Shown: positions 60,701-64,000 of the stretch, piece by piece | Numbering within the stretch: position 1 is the stretch's first letter | Layout of the letters: every line of letters begins with the position of its first letter | Origin: the human T2T-CHM13v2.0 reference genome, Homo sapiens | Reading direction: 5' to 3' (one strand) | Length of the DNA stretch: 64,000 nucleotides | Assembly: GCF_009914755.1 (NCBI RefSeq) | Contig: NC_060938.1 | Translations under genes and position numbers: made by a program | Notes under the pieces: model-generated | Databases searched by the model: none | What the model was told of the DNA's origin: nothing | The model's input: the letters and a program-made list of their open reading frames with translations, nothing else

Positions 60701-62167
60701 TTCATTTAACAATAAGCTGTTAGGAGGAACTAAGCCACCACTTAAACACTTTGCTTAGAAATCTCCTCAGCTAATTATAAAATTTCATTATTCCCAAATT
60801 TCACCTTTCACAAAACATTAGAACATGAACAATTCAGCCAACTTCTTTGCTACTTTATAAAAAAGGATCACCATTCCTTCAGTTTCCAATAACATGTTGC
60901 TTATTTTTGTCTGAGAATGGCTTTGACTATCCATATTTCTACCAATATTTTATTCATGAGTATTTATATATTCTCAAAGAAAATAGAGACTTTTATTTCC
61001 AGCTGTGTTTTCTTTCCAAGCCTTCACAAGAACAGCCTTTAAAACTTCCTTCATGGCAATATTGACTTTTTCCAGCATGTACCTCCAAATTCATCCAGCC
61101 TCTACTCATTTCCCAGTTCCAAAACCGCTTGCACATTTTTAGGTGTTTGTTATAGCAGCACCCTACCTGTCAGTACCAATTTCTGTCTTAGTTTGGGCTG
61201 CTATAAAAATTACCATAGACTGACAAACATTTATTTCTCATGATTCTGAAGGCTGGAAGTCTGATGTCAGGGTGCCACATGGTCAGGTTCTTAGGGAGGG
61301 CCCTCTTCCTGGTTATATCCTGACTTGACCTTTCCTTAGTAAGTGCACATAGACAAAGGGGATCTTGTGTCTCCTTTTCATAAGGGTGTTAATTCCATCA
61401 AGGGAGCTCTACCTTATGATATCTAACAATATCGACCTCCCAATGGCCCTGCCTCCAAATACCACCACATGACGATTAGGGTTTCAACATAGGAATTTTG
61501 GGGAATGTATCTGATCCATAAGTTACCTTTCAAATATGAGCTCTAGACTCCTGCTGTTTGTATTCCATATCTGGCTTGTTACAATTTACTCATTTGTTTT
61601 GTCTCATACAGAAATAGCAAAAGTAGGATTTGTTCTCTTAAGAGCAAGGTTTGTGTATTTCCTACTGAGAAGTTTGCCAGCTTCCTCCTCGTTCAGTTTT
61701 ATCCCCAAAATGGGTGAAAACCAGATAATAAAAACTGGCCACTCTTGAACAGGGTATTCAGAGTTCCCGAAGAAAAATGTTTTGCATCCCAACGAGCCTG
61801 TGATCACAGACAAATCTAGACCCAGGCTTTAGAATCAATCCACACAATAAGGAGAGCTGACTCAATGATTTTGCACTTACTATATGTCAACCTGCTCTTC
61901 CTTACTATGTCAATATCTACTAATTTGAGGTTTATCAACTCCCCTTTTCATTCAAGGGCATAGAAAATCTGCGAACTCAATCTCCATACCTTCTTTATTT
62001 TTTCTAGTAGAATTCCCAAACCTTCAGTAATTAAGAACAAGTAACATTTCTAAAACAATTTGGGGACTAACATACGGTTCCTAGCTTTTTAATTTGCAAA
62101 ATGAGGACATTAAAAAGAAAATCAACTATTTACTAATATTACATTTTATTAGAAGTTTTTATACCAA

Positions 62168-62408
62168 ACAATTTGGAGGGACTAAGGTTAGACTAAATAA
62201 TTTTCCCAATAATTGTTTCAAACCTTACCCAACAAATCACATTCCCCACCTCCACATTCACATACATCTAATTTTTTCACTTTGTTTCACAATTTGGAGG
62301 GACTAAGGTTAGACTAAATAATTTTCCCAATAATTATTTCAAAACCTTACCCAACAAATCACACTCCCCACCTCCACATTCACATACATCTGATTTTTTC
62401 ACTTTGTT
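62168..62408. repeat. Tandem duplication of about 121 bp
   Basis: Copies start at 62168 and 62289 (ACAATTTGGAGGGACTAAGG...). I count three substitutions and one indel. Confidence 0.97.
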
Positions 62409-62559
62409 CTGGGCCTGAGAAACTTCATCATGAATCATCAGTAGGACAAATTACTCTGTTTGGGATACTCTACTCCATCATGCCCTCTTTACTGTTTACT
62501 GTCTTGCTAAAGATAGATAGCTCACTTTGTTTCAATCAGTTTTGAAAATGTCTCATTTG

Positions 62560-62665
62560 GGAGAAAACTCAAAACAAGCACTTAGTCTTACTTCCATAAC
62601 CTCTAATTCCTAACACAGTGCATGGCACATAGAAGGTACTCAAAAAATTCTTGTTGAATGAGTGA
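62560..62665 (+). mobile_element. L2 3' end
   Basis: CCTAACACAGTGCATGGCACATAGAAGGTACTCAAAAAATTCTTGTTGAATGAGTGAA. Confidence 0.8.
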
Positions 62666-64000
62666 AGGTCATAAACTTGTCCATTTTCTTTTCCCTAACT
62701 CTGCCTGTTTGGGCAAGTGGTGACTTAGTGGTTTAGTTTATCTGTGGTTATCCCCTGTGTCTGTTCCAATATGTGCAAAAACAGCTTAAGAAGTGAATTT
62801 CTGATTGGGTTGAGGGCCATGCTCTATGATGTGTTAATACATTCTTCTGTCAGATTTGAGCCTTGCTATTAGGTAATTTCCACACTTCACCATCACCTAT
62901 GCTTGGCTAACATCCAGACTCGAGCTCCAATTCTGTCAGCTAATGTGGTCTTGTTTATTTATATTCTCTCTCAGATGACTCAAGTTTCAAAGTGAATAGT
63001 CCCTTATAGTAATAGATATGAGCAAATTGCATGACGTGGATAAAAACTGGGAAACTATCTTCTAGCCTACTGCGTATTCATGGAGGAGAAAGGTATAAAT
63101 CATCACTTAATGTTGCTCTTATTTGAAAGTTTAATCAGCTTTTACAAATGATTTAGTATTTAGCATTTCAGTTATCTTTCCCCTTGGGTCAATGATAGTT
63201 AGTTGCTCTAAAATGTTTTTTTAGCATTTATTCCACCCTGTTCACATTTTTTGTTTTAACATCAAGGGAGCTTAACATATACAGTTGGTAGTGATGCCTT
63301 AGGGAAGAAAAAAAACATAGAATAAAATTTTGAAATTGAGAAAGAATTCTGGAAGAAACTAGATTGTAAAAGATCACCCTAATTACGTTATTACTAATTT
63401 GGACCAATACACCATCATAAAGATGAGAAAACAGACAGAAAAAGTTAACGACCCCTCTCTGCTAACTTTATAGAGCTAGTTGCGATGGTGAGGACTAGAA
63501 TGCAAGTAAGACCAAATACTCCAGGTAAACAGCTTATTCCCTTTCTATTGTCTATCCACACTTGGCTTCTCTCCCTGCCCTTCTCACATACTCCTTCTGT
63601 TTTCTGATTGATAAGTTGAGGAAATAAGCCACACATGTCTGGGCTGGCATTCCTCTCACTTTTCTTCTCTATGACGTTTGCCTGCCTGCAGAGAGCAAGC
63701 AATCTGATGTGCTCCTCTGTGCTATAGACTTATCAGTGTACCCACAACACAAACACAGTCCTGCAGTTACACAAGTACTGCCTATGTCTGTGCAGGGCTA
63801 ATTTTGGGGTTCATTGTCAGGAAGCCCAATTGTAGCCCACACCTAAGCCTTGTTCTTCAACAGCTCTATCAAAAATAAATCTAGCATTTTGATTTTCATC
63901 TTTTCAGCTTCTCAATCATTCTAGTTATTAAACACAGGCAAGGAATAAGAATAATGCTATTTATTAGATCCCTATAAGCCCTAAGATAAATCTGCTGTCT

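Overview
Repeat-rich primate genomic DNA (AluS/AluJ, THE1 and L1PA3/4-type elements point to human or another ape), apparently intergenic or deep intronic. I found no host protein-coding gene, tRNA, rRNA or CpG island. Every ORF over about 100 aa that I could assign derives from decayed L1 ORF1/ORF2, Alu, LTR or AT-microsatellite sequence. The main structure is a 23-kb nest of transposons (38250-61521). A MaLR MLT1A-type provirus was split by a MER31-type ERV1 provirus, which was split by a long L1MC. The L1MC then received an MST provirus (itself holding a THE1D LTR), a full-length L1PA4-like element and other inserts. Target-site duplications (TSDs) point to two cases of DNA moved in from elsewhere: a ~620-bp 3' transduction carried by the full-length L1 (47692-48322), and a ~1.05-kb polyadenylated orphan insert with no L1 body (44668-45718). 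I see no new gene system; the points of interest are these retrotransposition footprints. Subfamily names come from recall of consensus sequences, not database searches. Coordinates of old elements are approximate.
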